From Nageia nagi (taxonomy: Eukaryota; Plantae; Pinophyta): 64,000 bases of DNA. The translations under genes and the position numbers were made by a program. The notes beneath the pieces were generated by a model. The model was given only the letters and a program-made list of their open reading frames with translations, was not told the origin of the DNA and did no database searches. The DNA lies in contig JBITNC010000001.1 in assembly GCA_050084985.1 (NCBI GenBank), positions 86,986,001 through 87,050,000 of the forward strand, given 5' to 3'. Positions 38,120 to 52,654 of the stretch are shown piece by piece; position 1 is the first letter of the stretch; the number at the start of each line of letters is the position of its first letter.

Positions 38120-40660
38120 TCCTTCATCTCTCACAAGATCACATCATATCCATTGGATTTGAATTTGATCTCCAACATTTGGTACTTATAAGTCACATAA
38201 CCTAATGAGTAGAACCATTGTAACGCAAGAACCACGTGCAACATTCCTCCCATTGGAAACACATAAAAATTATCCACCACCTCATAGTATCCTAAAGTTA
38301 CCTTAAATTATTTCACCAATTTGGTGCAAGGCGAAATGTATTCTTTCCCATCATCACATTGAACCTAAAAAATGATTCTATCATGAGTCTCTTTCTTGCC
38401 ACAAATCTCTTATCAATGAAGTTATGGGTTTCCCCACCATCAACCAAAATAAGCACTTTATCTTATACCACTTCTCTTAGCACCTTAATGGTGAGAAAAT
38501 AAGGTACACTACTTAGGGTAGCCAATGTGCTACCTCCCCCATACACTATCTCTTAGGATATTTCCTTAAATAATTGCATGTAGCCTCGTCTAGCCTTTTT
38601 GTCAAAGGTGCAAGTGGAAAGGTCCTATGGGGATGGAATGTTGGACTATAATCATGCTTTCCTCCCTTTTGAAAATTCATGGAGGACTCTCCATGCTCAA
38701 ATTTAGGCTTTTCTAATCCATATATAGGTGTTACTCTAGATATGAGTGTTGATGGTTCAAACATCAATGCTCTTCTAATTATCTCTTGTAGTGTGGACGG
38801 TGCAAGAACCTTCACCAAACCTCCAAAATACTCAAGGATATCCTCAATGAAGAGGAAACTAATCCTCTTATTTGAAATATTGATGAACATCAAACAAATC
38901 TTATGAAAACTAACAACATAAGATTCTATAGTAGTTTTCTACCTTAAGGAAGCCAAAACTAAAAAATACTTTTCCTCATCCTTTTGCTCAAATCGATCTG
39001 ATACTCTTTGATTGAATTTATCAAAGGTGCAAATTGTTTCATGGCCTTGTGTGATAATATCATAATTACACTAATCATATACAATACCATCTATGTAAGG
39101 AATCACAAATTGCATAACATCCTCCTCCATCATAGGGCTAAGAGTGAAGTATGTACATGCAATTTTTGTAGGCAACCTATAACTGACATTTGTACCTCAC
39201 AATCAAATATAGGCACTTCATCTTCTTATAAAAGCTATTTTTTTAATCAAATATATTTCTTATCTAATTACTAATCACATTTTTCTCTAATATCTTGAAA
39301 TATAACTGAAAGGAAAAACCTTATTTGAAATATTAAAATCTAGCTTGATACTCCTAATATAGGGCTTCCATCTCCTCTAGTGAAATATAACTTGGATATG
39401 CTTCTTTCCTTGTAAGAAATATGGGATTTGCTAGACTAGTCAAAGGCATGGAATGGTAGGATGTATATGACTCTCTTTATGAACTCCTTGAGGGCCTCCT
39501 TGATTTATTTACTCACCAACTGACTCAACACATCAATCATGGTATCAAACTTATTTTCAATCCTTGTATTAGGATTGGTGGATCTCTATTTTGCCTTACA
39601 TATTTCTCCTTCCTCATACTTATCTCCCATTGGGTCCCTTATCTCTTCTAGATGGTTCTCAAGGTCAAAATTTGATTTATTTCTCCTCAAATAATATCAT
39701 TGAGTGTTAAACTACATCTATTTATCTTCACATTTTGGTAGGAAATCTATCTTTGATAGCATTGTAAAGTGCCCAAGTTTGGAAATATAGTAAATTACTC
39801 AAAATACACTCAATTTATTTCACATATGAATTATTTTCTTAAAAATAAATGTAAAATTATAACAAAAAGTTGTATATCTAACTCAAATACAAATATATTA
39901 TAGAAAAGGCCTTCAAATTAAAAAACTCATTACTCTCAAAGTGGTATGTTCATTAGGCAAGCTACGAAACATAGATCTAAAATTTAGAACTAAATTATGA
40001 TAGTAAAAGGTTAGGCATCTCACTCTTGGGTTCCAAACCCGTAGATATGATGCAAAAAATATCAATGAAGCATAAGTATGAATCTTGAATAGATCTACCA
40101 ATGGAGAACTTAAGGGTTTCCATATTCAAGCCTTAAAGCCTAGAGGGTTTTCATCCTTAAGGCCTCTCTTGGAGGTTTTCATCCCAAGAGGAATTATCTA
40201 AAGATAAATTCATATCAAATTCAATTAGAAAATAAAGCCTCAATGGGAAGCGATATCCCTATTTATAGAATCAGAAAATAGAATGTTTAAGACTTTAAGA
40301 GATCTAGAAAAGCATAGTATTCCCATAGAATTAGGAAAAACATAAATGAAGTTTGTCAAAAAGAAATGAACATCCATATAACTTGTGCATTTATGAAATA
40401 TCATATCAGATTGTGAGCATTAAGAGCTCAACTACAGACATTTAAAGGAAATAAATATTGATAGGTGAAGAATAATTCACCACATAAAATTGTTGGAGAG
40501 GATGTGTGAATGCGAGAGGTGAATCTAAAATGGAATTCAAACTATGGAACATTAAATCCTTCACTAACAAACTCTAAAAATGGGATGTACCACTCCAAGT
40601 GATAAATTTAAATATTACAATGTAACAAATGAGTGGGATCCTTAATTTTGGGCCATTACA
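38120..40660 (-). mobile_element. 5' half of chromoviral-type gypsy element E: 5' LTR 39763-40660, PBS-Met, gag, protease
   Basis: LTR TGTAAAGTGCCC...GGGCCATTACA; degenerate PBS TGCTATCAAAGA at 39750-39761; protease KVLILVDGGETHNFID at ~38415-38460. Confidence 0.75.
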
Positions 40661-42930
40661 AAAATATTGACACATTTTACCATCTTTTGATGTACTAGAT
40701 ATTACATTTTGGTGTGTTTTTAGGTAGTTGTAGGGTCTTTCTCTTCATTTTGTATTTTGGAATGATTCATCTTCATTTGACTTGTACATAGTGTGTTTAT
40801 TTTATTCTTATTGAGAGAATTGGTACATTGGATCTAATGTTATATTGTTAAAGTGAATATAGAACTTTATTGTAGTCCATTATTGTTGGTTCATTGCTTG
40901 TTATCATGGATCCATTTCATTTATGTTTGATTATTTTTTGGTTGTAAAACTTCATGGTCATGTATAAGAAGGTTATACTAAGACATTTGGATAAATTAAA
41001 AGACCAAGATTATGTAAATAATACTTGGAGCAGGAATAGGCACCAAAGATAGGTATCTTACAAGATTGGGTAATATGTTTCTCAAGTTTGAGCAAGTTTA
41101 TGGAAACATAGAAGTAATTTTCATTTTATTATAAAAAATACTACAAATCTAAATTTAAAATGTAAACTAATTCAAATAATCATTCTTTTGGAATCTATCA
41201 AACAAAAGTAATCGATATCATTGTTTTGTAGCTAAACACCATCTTGTTGTACTACATAGAAGTTAAATAAGAGAATATAAATATAAATACTAGAGGTAGG
41301 GAGGGAGGCAGGGAGAAAGAGGGATAAATATCCACATCCATTTAAAGTCTATATTTTAATTTAGGCTACTTTGCACAACTAGCTCATATCTTTAACTAAA
41401 TTGCATCTTTGAATGCGATAATAAATAGATTGTAAATCAATAATAGTATGAGGAATCTAATTTGAATTGTACTTTAGAAGATAAATTATTGGAACATACT
41501 TATTTTTAGATTAAACCCAACAAACAAATAAATTAAATTTTAAAAATCATAAACATGGGATTTTTTTTATAAAGATAAATATTTTTTCTTCCTTACACTT
41601 TATGATAAGATATGTAGCAAATATAAAATATTGACTTACACAATTGAAAATTTTACATAAAGGAAACATTTGATATCTTTAAAAGTAACAAAAATAAAGT
41701 ACACTATATTAAATCCATATATGATAACCCATGAATGAATGCTGTCTTTTAGTATCCTTTAAACACAATGGTTTGTAGAAATTATTCAAATTTATCTAAG
41801 ATAAAAAATTATATATCATGTATGTATTCAAATAATTATTTATAACATAAGATCCATAATAAAATTTCCAAGCTTTATTTGGTTATCTTGGTTTAGGAAT
41901 TCATGAATTAGATTGTGATTATAAATATCATTATAAATTTTTCTAATATTTGTGTAAAATGGAAGAAAATGATTCTTATGTTTTATGATATTTAGGTTAT
42001 AAAACTTATAAATTATTTATGCCATGGTATTTTAGGTTTTATCCATCTACCTCTCTCACTATGCAATTCATGTGAATTAGATCTTAATTTTGTAAAATAT
42101 TAGCCAAACTTCTTCATATTCAAAATCCCTTTTATCTAAAAAATGTAGGAAAATAAATATTTTGGTTGATTCATGCTTGGTGGTACAAGTAATAATTGGA
42201 TATAGTTTCTCCATTCAATATGGTGAGAATGTTCATGATTGTTGTACTTTGACATGTAATCCTCATAATATTTGGATACGTATTCAATATTGCATAGAAC
42301 TCCAAACATTATGTGTATTTCAATGTTTAACACATTTTGAGCTTCATCATATTTATCACATTTTTTTTCTTTTAATGTGACAACTAGAATTGAGAGTGAA
42401 GAAGAATAGTTGATTAAGTTGTTGAACATGACAAGTGAGGATGAGTTATTGTTAGTGGTTATTTGTGATTTTTGTAGAATGGGTAAAGAAACTCTAGTCA
42501 CTTTTGTAGTTGTTATATTAAATTTGGATGGTTATAACTAAGTGAGGATTAAATTGGATAATGAAATGAGAAAATAATTAGTTGAACATTAGCATGCATA
42601 AATTATTCAAAAGTAATATTGAAAGATGTATTTCTTAGGGATATAATAAAATTTATATGATTTAATTGATCATGGAATGATATGAATGATTTTGTACAAT
42701 TGTTAACTTCAAATAATGGATAAGAATTAGCCAAAATAATTTATGAGTATACATGATCATGTCTTAGTTGTTTGAAGTGTTGATTCCATAAATTTTACAA
42801 CTTAGTCAACAATCATTTTGTATCACCCATAAATATTGAAATTAAAATATCCATCTTGAATACAATATATCAAATGATTATTGAAGGAGTATATCTTGAT
42901 TACAGTTTCTTCTATTAAGGAAATAACAAC

Positions 42931-43654
42931 CATAGTTACCCAGTTCGGTAAGGTTGATTTAAACAAAAGATAAGAAAAAGTTTGAAAGTTCAAGATTTTG
43001 AAAAGGGTTCAATTTGATTTAAAAAAATACAAATAATTAAATATATATAAATATTTATTTTAAATAAAATTTATCTTATAGATAAATTAATAAATACATA
43101 AAATTGAAATATTATTACATTAAAATACAAATCAAAATACTATTTAAATACATTAAATTATTATATTAAAGCACACTAGATTAATAAATACATTCAATTT
43201 AAAAGAATTTATATGTTAAAATAGGGTCTCAATGAGGTTGTGCATTTGGTGTGTAATATTCATGACTTTGTAAAATCCTTTGCATATGTCTATATCTTGT
43301 AGTGATACATTCAAAAGAAAGCATTGCACCAGGGAAAGCATGTATATGCTTTCATTCACAATAAACCAAGCTTTATAAAGATGTATTTTTTGCACAATAC
43401 CCTTCCCAAAATATATGTTAATTATGACAGTCTTTTTGATGCTTGTGGCATTTTTGACATAGTGATTGATAGAGATGTTTCTTGGAATGTAATGGTTGCA
43501 ACCTATAGAAAATAAGGGCTTTATGAGGTAGCATTAGGAAATATAAGTTTTTGAGAATGACTAGTTTTTTTTATAGTTTTGATTAGTAATGAACTGAATT
43601 AAATCAATTGTTTGATCGAACCTTGGACCAGTTCGATCGAACCTAGTAACTATG
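42931..43654. mobile_element. Non-autonomous hAT-like DNA transposon (724 bp) with captured gene fragment
   Basis: TIRs CATAGTTACCCAGTTCG / CGAACCTAGTAACTATG; imperfect 8-bp TSD ATAACAAC/ACAACAAA; subterminal GTTCG/CGAAC motifs. Confidence 0.75.
43260..43530 (+). pseudogene. PLS-class pentatricopeptide repeat (PPR) gene fragment
   Basis: AYVYIL**YIQKKALHQGKHVYAFI...FLHNTLPKIYVNYDSLFDACGIFDIVIDRDVSWNVMVATYRK*G matches L-S-P motif consensus (GK.VH...N.LI.MY.KCGSL.DAR.VFD.M..RDV.SWN.MI..Y). Confidence 0.8.
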
Positions 43655-44869
43655 ACAACAAAAGATAATACATGAAAATATGTTAAAAATGTTGGATAGT
43701 ATAATTTTAGTATTTAAATATGAATTCAAGGATATGCATGTAGAGATATAATGAATGAAATAGAAGTCATTTTTAATACACTATATAATTAATTTTTGCT
43801 TCTAATTATTTTTTTTCTATATATATCAAATGCATTCATAAAAAATAAGTAAATCAAGTAAGGAATGATAAGATATAAAAAATAAAACTTAAGTTTACAT
43901 CTCCTCTAGCTAGTGTTCAAGCTCATCAATTTTCCCTTATCTTCCAACAAGGATCATTTGTGTTCTTTCAAGGGATTCACCCACCATGGATTGCATCTTC
44001 AATACCAAATTTAGAACTTTTTTCATGGATTTATTTTATTTCAATAATTTGAAAGTATATCATTGCCAAATACTTTTAGGGTCCATCCCCACCTTGGTTA
44101 TGTCTACCTCCCTCATCGAGCTTTGGATATGATGGGGAACTTCACCTCCATGAATGATTTCCTCCTCGCTTTTAGAGATCTCCATAAGCTCGCTTCCATA
44201 GCTCTCAATATTCTTCAATATCACCTTTCCTTTTCAATATCATGCATTATTGAGATATTTTTAACATCCCATTCCCTCAATCTCAAAATGGATTAGAATT
44301 AGCTTTCTATATTTATTTTCATTAATGTTTGTCTTTATGATAAAGAAAAATAGGTGAATAAGCAATTTCAAATAAGTTAAAATACACCTCTCAAGAAAAC
44401 TAAAAATTATATTAATGATCTAATTGTTATATCTTGTTTGAAAACTATAGAAAAGTATTTAAAGTATGATAGTGGATCATTGATTTTTCATCTACCTACG
44501 TAATTACTCAGCCAATGATAAAAATGAATATAAGAAGGAATAATATCATTGGCTAGAATATGAGGCACAATGAGACCTATATATAGAAAGGATAAAAGAG
44601 AGATGTGTTTTCCATAAAAGACTTCCATGTAGTATGTGTTGCATGGCTCATATAAGATTTGTAGGATAATTGTCTTGTATTTAGTAATAGTGTAATCAAC
44701 AATCGAATCTATGATATAAGTAGATCGAATGGCTTACAAGGTTTAAGGAAAAAAATGAAATATTTATGATGTGAAAGATAATTCATATATGGATTGAGAC
44801 CTAATATTAGACGAGTCATGGAGAAAATTTAAGATCTATATTGATGTACTACAAGAACAAATTGAAATT

Positions 44870-47800
44870 AAATCACAACCCTAGTGATCTGAAGGTTTGA
44901 ATTTTAAAATTTTACAACAATTAGAAGAACTTACCAAATAAATTACTAATATATCAATCTATAAAATACTATAAGTACCCTTGATTAAGAGGGAAATATG
45001 GTGCCAATTTTGTTTTGAAGAGGCACATGTTGGTAATGAATGACCCACTTTACGAAAACTTGTTGAAAATTTTATTAGGCCTATCAAACTATGGGAACCA
45101 TTCCATTCAAAACTATATAGTAACAAGCTTAAGGAAAACAAGGATGCCAAGACCAAATTATTAAACTTATAAGTAAGATAATCATTGGACTAACCAATGT
45201 TGAGAAAAATAATTCATCGAGGACATTGAAAAAGATCTTAGAGAACATCCAAGAGCATATGATAGTTACACACATCCTAAACTAATATATAGACCCATTG
45301 AAACGTTAGAACCTACCCCATACATAAATGAAATCGATATTACATATGTTCCCCTAGTAGTAACAATATAAGATCAACCAAAAGTTGATGATAGAAACTA
45401 TAAAAAGAAAAAGAGGGATGCAAAGACCAAATTGTTAAACTCATGGATAAGATAATTATTGGACTAACTAATATCAAGGAAAAAAATTCCTAGAGGACAT
45501 CAAAAAAGACCTTAGAGAACATCTAAGAGCATATGTTAGTTACACATATCCTCCACTAGTATTTAAACCCATTGAAAGGCCAAGCCCTACCCCATACATA
45601 AATGAAATTGGTATCAACTATGTTTCCCTATTAGTAATGGTATAAGCCCAAACAAAATATGAAAATAGAAACTATAACAACCTTTTGCACAATTGATATT
45701 AAGACTATAATCATAGATATAATAACTAAGGTTTCAACAACTAAGGATGGTGCACATGAGGATGTTGTGGGGGATATAGTTTAATCAAGGCTAAGGACAT
45801 GGGTAGATGGTTGACATGCTTTAATTATAGTGAATATTTTCACTGATAATATGATTTCTACCATATCAATATTGTCAAAAAATTATGAAAAACCATTGTT
45901 ATTAATATTATCCCAAACTATTAAATGATATATTTAAAAAATAAAAGGAAAGAATGCTATGAACTAGACACCTCCAAATGTTAACCTTCCAAGGCAAGTT
46001 TTGTTTATTATCTATGTTTCCCTAAAGGGGCATCTAAATCTAATCCATGGGAAAAGAAGGAAATGAGATAGATGAAAATTGATAATGAAAATCCATTTGG
46101 TTGTTACATTCAAAAATCAATGCCTGTAGTACAATTTATGATTAGATCTAGGATAAAAAGTGGATTCAAATGAACCAATTATCCAAAAACTACATCCGAA
46201 AAAGAAATATAATGATCTTAACAAATACAAGGAAATCACTAAAATATCACAAGAAATAATTAAAATACAATAGAAGCAAGTCATAGTACCCAATAAAGAG
46301 GGTACCCCATAATTCACTAAAAAATAAATACAACTCTTGAAAGAATTCAACTAACTCCTAAACATTGTTGACATGGTGATTGAGTTAAAAAAATAATCAC
46401 CAAATATTGGAACAAAAATGTAATAATAAAAAAGAAAGAATTGAAAAAGGAATTCCATCATAATACATGCTATGATAAACAAAAGAATGGATAAAAATAT
46501 TATGATAGATTTTAAGGCTAATGTAAATATATTACCTTTAGCAATTTTGTGATAACTTGGCTATCCACCCCTTTAACCACCCAAGTATCACATCACTCTT
46601 GCTAATGTAACTCTCACTAAATCACTTAAAATCCTTAAAAATGTAACCTATTTTATATGGGGATTGACTTTTAGGTACATTTTGAATTAATCAACATGCA
46701 ACCAATAATATGACTGCCTACAATGCATTATCAAAATTGGAATGGTTTTTCAACAATAATGGGATTTTAAAAATTAATAATTAAGAGATTATAAAATCAA
46801 ATTAGAAGTTTTAAATACATCTCCACTTAAACAAAGGCATAGAGAATGCGTATGCTAATTTTCCATACACTAGTAGTGGCAATAATAGTTTTAATAAAAT
46901 TGATTCATTAAGACTTAAGGATCTATACTCCATGATAACTCAAAAAGAATCGAATGGGTTTTGAGATCATATATAACCATGATGGGTAATTAAAATTTCA
47001 TAATGGAGATTATGAAGAAGAATTTGAAACCATTGACCTACTCTAGAATTTAAGAGACATCGGAATAATGAATAGAAGGGCCTACCAAATCACTCAGTAC
47101 AAAAGACTTTTTAAGATCAATCAAGGATTTTTACCAAATTTTAATGAATTGAAATTGTTGGATACATTTTTATAATAGATGGAAATTATGTTCATAAACG
47201 AAATCAACCAAATTGAAGCCTTAGATAAAAATTTGGTTTCTACTCCATCCAAATATGGGGAACCCATAAATACTATTTCCAAAATTGGGAGGAAATTGAG
47301 AGACATCTAAAACTTTGATTTGAACCACTAGATCTAGTTAAAATTCATACAAAACTATGTTCAAGATAATATAGCCTATTAAATCATGTACAATATTGCA
47401 AAAGTACTTGGCTAAATTAGGGCATAAGTAAAACTTTGGCATGGGTTCAAGTTTTTCATTGGAATTTAGTTAGCCTCCCTAAAGCATGGTATATTCACAA
47501 AGAGCTAAGAAGAAGGATGAATTATTGGAACATCCTCCAAAATAAATTTATCATGAATTTTTCTTTTTATAGTACTAACATAAATATCCAAAAAGGATGA
47601 ATACAAATTAAGAGATTTCTATTTCCATAATTGGAGAAGACTCAGAAAAATTTCTCTACTCCTCCCATACCCAATTTACTTGAATTCCCATAAACAATAC
47701 TAACAAATACCTTAGTAAAATTATGAAGAAATAAAACTTAAAACCAAAAGGTCCAAAGGAAAAAATAGAAAACTTAAATATGAAATTGAGGAAGGAGAAC

Positions 47801-49258
47801 AAGAAGTAATCACAAAAAAGATCACTAGGACACCTTATGATTCATAATTTCAAGCTAAGAAAATCAATATCAAAACTCCTTTAGAACCCAAGATAAAAAA
47901 CATTGATGACTATTGGATAGAAAAATAAGTGAACAAAATCATTAAAATTCTAATTGATTACAAAGATCTATTTCCTAAAGACTACATAAAATTAAAAGGA
48001 ATAGAAGAGAGTTCGAAAAGGTGTATATCCGATTGAAACCTGAATATAAATTAAGAAAAAAAAGTTATTTAAACCCAAATTTGAAAGCTAGAGTCAAGGG
48101 AGCCATCAATAAAATAATTTTTGCTGGCATTATATCACCAATTGAGAATACTAATTGGATTAGTCCTATGGTCATTTAGTATAAGAAACCTAGTAATATT
48201 AGAATTTATGTTGATTTTAGGAAACTAAATAAAGCATGTGAATACAAGGCATTCCATACTTTATTTACTAAAGAAATATTGAATATCATCATCATAGAAG
48301 AAGTGTATTCTTTCATAGATGGATTTTTAGGGTACCATCAAGTTAAAATCATTAAAGAAGATTGACTTAAAATATCTTTTTTCTATTGAATGGGGATCTT
48401 ATATGTATAACGCCATACTGTTTGGGCTTAAAAATGCACTAATAATTTTATCATCTTATGGTTAACACCTTCAAAGTATTTATACATAATTTACTATAAG
48501 TGTATATTAACGAATGGACTATATTTGATATATTAAAATACTACATATAAACACTATGATCAATGTTTGAGCAATGCTAATAGTTAGAAATTACCTTGAA
48601 CCTTAAGAAATGGTTATTTGCTACTCTTTATGGTGTATTATTGGATATATTATATGTAAGGAAGTATTAATGTTTGATCTAGTGAAAGCAATGATACTCT
48701 TGAATATCCCACCACCCAAGATGGTTAAAGAGATTAAGCAATTTTTAAGATCAATAGGTTACTGTAGAAATTTCATAAAAATTATGCAATGATAGTAACA
48801 TAAATTGACTATTTGATGAAAAAGAGTATACCATTATATTGGTTTCTGGAATGCAATGAAAAATTTGATTTATTAAAGTTAAAAACTTTTCAAATCCCTA
48901 ATACTAATATTTCTAGATTGGACTAAAGAGTTTCATGTCCACATCGATGCTAGTGGTATTGAAATTAAAGTTGAACTTTCTCAACTTAGTGATAGAAATA
49001 TAGACCATTTTTCCAATAGGAAGATAACAATAATAGAAAAAAATTATACTATAACAAAGCAAAAAGCACTAGCAATGGTTTATGCTTTACAAAATTTTTG
49101 ACATTACTTGTTAGCAAGAATATTCATATTTTTTATAGACCATGAAGCTTTATGATATTTATTAAATAAACTATTGATCCAAGGACAAATCTACTAAAGA
49201 CTATTACTTTTTGAAGAATTCTATTTTAAAGTTATGTTTAAACTTAAAAACCTCAATA
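44870..49258 (+). mobile_element. Old non-chromoviral gypsy element F, part 1 (gag knuckle, PR, RT, RH)
   Basis: IWCQFCFEEAHVGNE*P; WISPMVI*YKK...IRIYVDFRKLNKAC; YSFIDGFLGYHQV; DWTKEFHVHIDASG (intact DAS, no aRH seen). Confidence 0.85.
45142..45677. repeat. ~274-bp tandem duplication
   Basis: GGATGC.AAGACCAAATT.TTAAACT... starts at 45142 and 45416; both copies end in ATAGAAACTATAA. Confidence 0.85.
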
Positions 49259-52200
49259 GTTTTGTGCATACATGCAAGCAAGTATTTTAGGATTTTTTCT
49301 CCCTCTATCATACCACATTAATCCTTGGATTTTTTGTAGGATATCTCTATCCTAACATGTTTATGTATTTATACCACCTTTGGTGGTGCACTATCCTTTA
49401 AGTATGGCCACCTCTCTTAATGGCACTTTATTGTTGCATGAAGTGACTAGAGAGGAGGATGGTGCCCGATAAGCACCCCTGCAAGTTTCTACCAAAAGTC
49501 GAGCATGAAGTAATGCCATTGTTCCTCAAGTTTTTATTCTTGTAGAAGAATTTCATAATACATATTATTGGTTTGAATCACATACCCTTGTGGGCTATTT
49601 CCTTGGTTTTATCCCTAATGACACCCTTCTACGTACTTGGGTAAGTCAAGTTTAGAGTTTGTATGGTGTTAAAGTAGAAAATATGTAGAACCTTACCAAA
49701 GGCTTTTTCCTTTTCTAGTTCTTTGATCATGTGCATGCCTAGAAAGTTCTTAGTAAGGGTCCTTGGATAGTAACTCTCTCCTTTTCCTTTAGCCTTATAT
49801 GCTAGGATTTAATGTTGAGAATGAAGGTACCATATATGTCCCTATTTGGGTGGAATTCCCTAGACTTCCCATTCTCCAATGGAAGTTTTTGAAGTATTTA
49901 GGTAAGTCCATTGGTTAATTCATCTATTTTGAACTTGAGAGATTTTTTTAGCTTAGCCTTCTTTGAGAGTTTGTTTTATGGTGGATTTAACTCTTGACCT
50001 CCCCAAGTTCATAAACATTAATATTGGTGAAGAGGGTTTGCGTAAAAGGGTGGAGTTCATTAGTCTCCCAAATACCTGTTATCATTACTAATCTTATGAC
50101 CATAATATTCATGATTTCCCATTGATGGTGGCTATATTCAAGGAAAAACCCTCTATTACCCCTCCATCATCTTCTCACTCAACACCTTCTAACAAAGGTA
50201 AGAAGGATGAATGGACCACAATTAATAATCATCATAATCATTGCTCTATTATGAAAGAGCTAACTACTGTATCTCTACCTTAAGCTTCTAGTTCTATGAC
50301 TATGGTTATCTCATATATTCAACCCTATTAGGTTGTTAATATTGCTCAAACACCTTTGATTGTCACCTCAACTTCATTGTTTGCCCTGTTGTCAATTTTT
50401 GACCCTCTATTAAGCTATATTTGGTTTGACCCATCATTTGCATCCTTTACGACTACACCTTTTATTCTTGGGATGGAGGATAGTTTGAGAGGAAAAATTC
50501 TTTGATCATGTAGTTCATAAAGAGGTATGCCTTCTGGGCCTATTGAAAAATACTATTAAGTGGGAGCTTTGTAAGGTGCAAGTAACTCTTCTAAGTCCCT
50601 GTAAATTTTAGGGGATTTAGAAGATGCCATGGAGCTTCTCAACCATGATGGTTCTCAATGATTTACTTTTCTTGGAATGTAAGAGGGTTGACGTACTAAA
50701 CTTGTAAGTACACAGTTTGAGGTAAGCTTGATGATATCACTCACTCTTATGGAATATATAATTTTATCTATTTACAAGAATTTAAAATTAATAATTTTAT
50801 TTACCAATGTACTCACTCTTTTCTCTGGCCATGGGTTCATTTTTTTCATACTAATCATTTGATTGGGAAAGGTGGTTCCATCACTTTTATTTCTTTTAAT
50901 TGGAAATAAAATATGGTTTCTTTGGGGATTGACCCTTCACATCAAGTCATATGGGTGTTGCTTGAAATATTAGGAAAGCCTTTTGGTATCATCAATATTT
51001 ATGTTTCAAATGATGCTCATGATAGAAGAGATTTATGGCATTAACTTTCCATCTCTCTTCCCTTTATGACATGGGTCATCTATGGTGACTTTAACATGGT
51101 GGAAAAAATTTATGACAAGAAAATTCAAAACCCCATGTGGTGGAATCTGGGAGAAAGAGAGGCTTAATTTTTTTTATGAAAAATAAGCTTAGTCTATTTG
51201 ATCCTAATGCTGGCTTTTTTCCTACTAATTTTTTGGAGGCTCATTAGTTTACCTAGCATAACTTCAAGCTGAGACTACCTGATTTCTTAAAGGCTTGATA
51301 GGGCTCTACTATCTGAGAGTGATTTTTCTCAATTTGATAGAAATTCCCTTTGCCCTTCCTTTTCTTTTTTTGGTCCGTGATACCACCTTGTGTGATCATG
51401 CTCATGTTCTCTTTGATTAGGCTCCTATCTAATTTTTTAGCTCTCAATTCTACTTAAATACCTCATATTTATAGTCTCACTCTATAATAGCTCATATCAG
51501 CCATATTTGAAATTTAATTCTAAGATCCTTTGGCCCTTTTGGTTGGATCTAGTGGTGGAACAACTTTATCCTTCATACTACTAAGGTTCTTTGTACCCTT
51601 GGTGTTGAGTTTGCTAAATGAAGGTGAAAGTAATTAGATTCTCAAATCTAAGCTTGCTTAGACCACCCAAAACTTTGAAGCTAAACCTTTTTCTGGCCCT
51701 GCTCAAGTGCATGTGGTAACCCTTCATCATGAAATAAGGAAAGATGATCTTTATGAGGTTAAGGGTGCTCATCTTCATGCCTATATTAATTGGCTTAATG
51801 TTGGGATAAAGTTTCTAAAGAATTATTTAGACACCTTCATCCTCTTATTCATGTGTCTTAGTTCACTGCTATTTAGTTTGATGGAGTTCACCTCACCTCC
51901 CTTCCTGAGATTATCTCCACCTTTATTTATTATTATCAGAAGATTGTTTCTTCCCAACCTCTCTCCCCAATTCATCAATGATATTTGGAGGATTATTTTG
52001 CTATCATACCTCATAAGCTCTCCCAAGATTAGAGGGATTTTTGTGACACACCCCTTACATTAAATGATTTGAATATTGCTCTTTTGTAGATGTCTAATGA
52101 TAAAACCCCTATTATTGATGGATTTCCATATAAATTTTATAAAGAGTTTTGGGACATGCTATGGCTAGACCTTTTTTAGGTTTACAAAGAAACTCTCTCT

Positions 52201-52654
52201 ATAGGTTCCTTGGGCCCCATGCTCAATAAAGGTAACATTAAGTTTATACCTAATCCTGGTGATCAATAATGCATCACTAATTTATGTACAATTACCCTAT
52301 TGAATGTTAGTTACAAAATTATTGCCAAGGCTTTAGCCCTCAAGCATCGACCTCTTTTACCTCTTATCATTTGTCTAGAATAAATAAGGTTTGTTAAAGG
52401 CATATATATTTTAGATAATGTCATTGCTATTTGGGAAGGTATAGAATTTGCTTGTTCTTTAGATCATGATGATTTATTTATCAAGATTTATTTTGAAAAG
52501 GCCTATGTTCAAATTGAATTGTATTTTATCACTGCCATGCTTATAGCTCTTGGATTTATTCCTTCTTTTACCTCCTCTATCAAGATGCTTTTTAGGGATG
52601 CTTCTACTATGCTTATAATGAATGGCTCTCAATATGAAAATATTTTCCTTGCTC

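Noticed and set aside
37865-38120. Unassigned AT-rich segment between element A's LTR and element E's protease
   Set aside because: Probably another repeat fragment, but no termini or motifs can be supported.
42136-42520. Possible hAT transposase dimerisation remnant (NPHNIW...ELQTL)
   Set aside because: Resemblance too weak to support by eye.
44467-44701. Candidate short 5' LTR of element F (TG...CA, CCTATATATAG, internal inverted repeat)
   Set aside because: No partner LTR in the window and no clear PBS, so boundaries are unverifiable.
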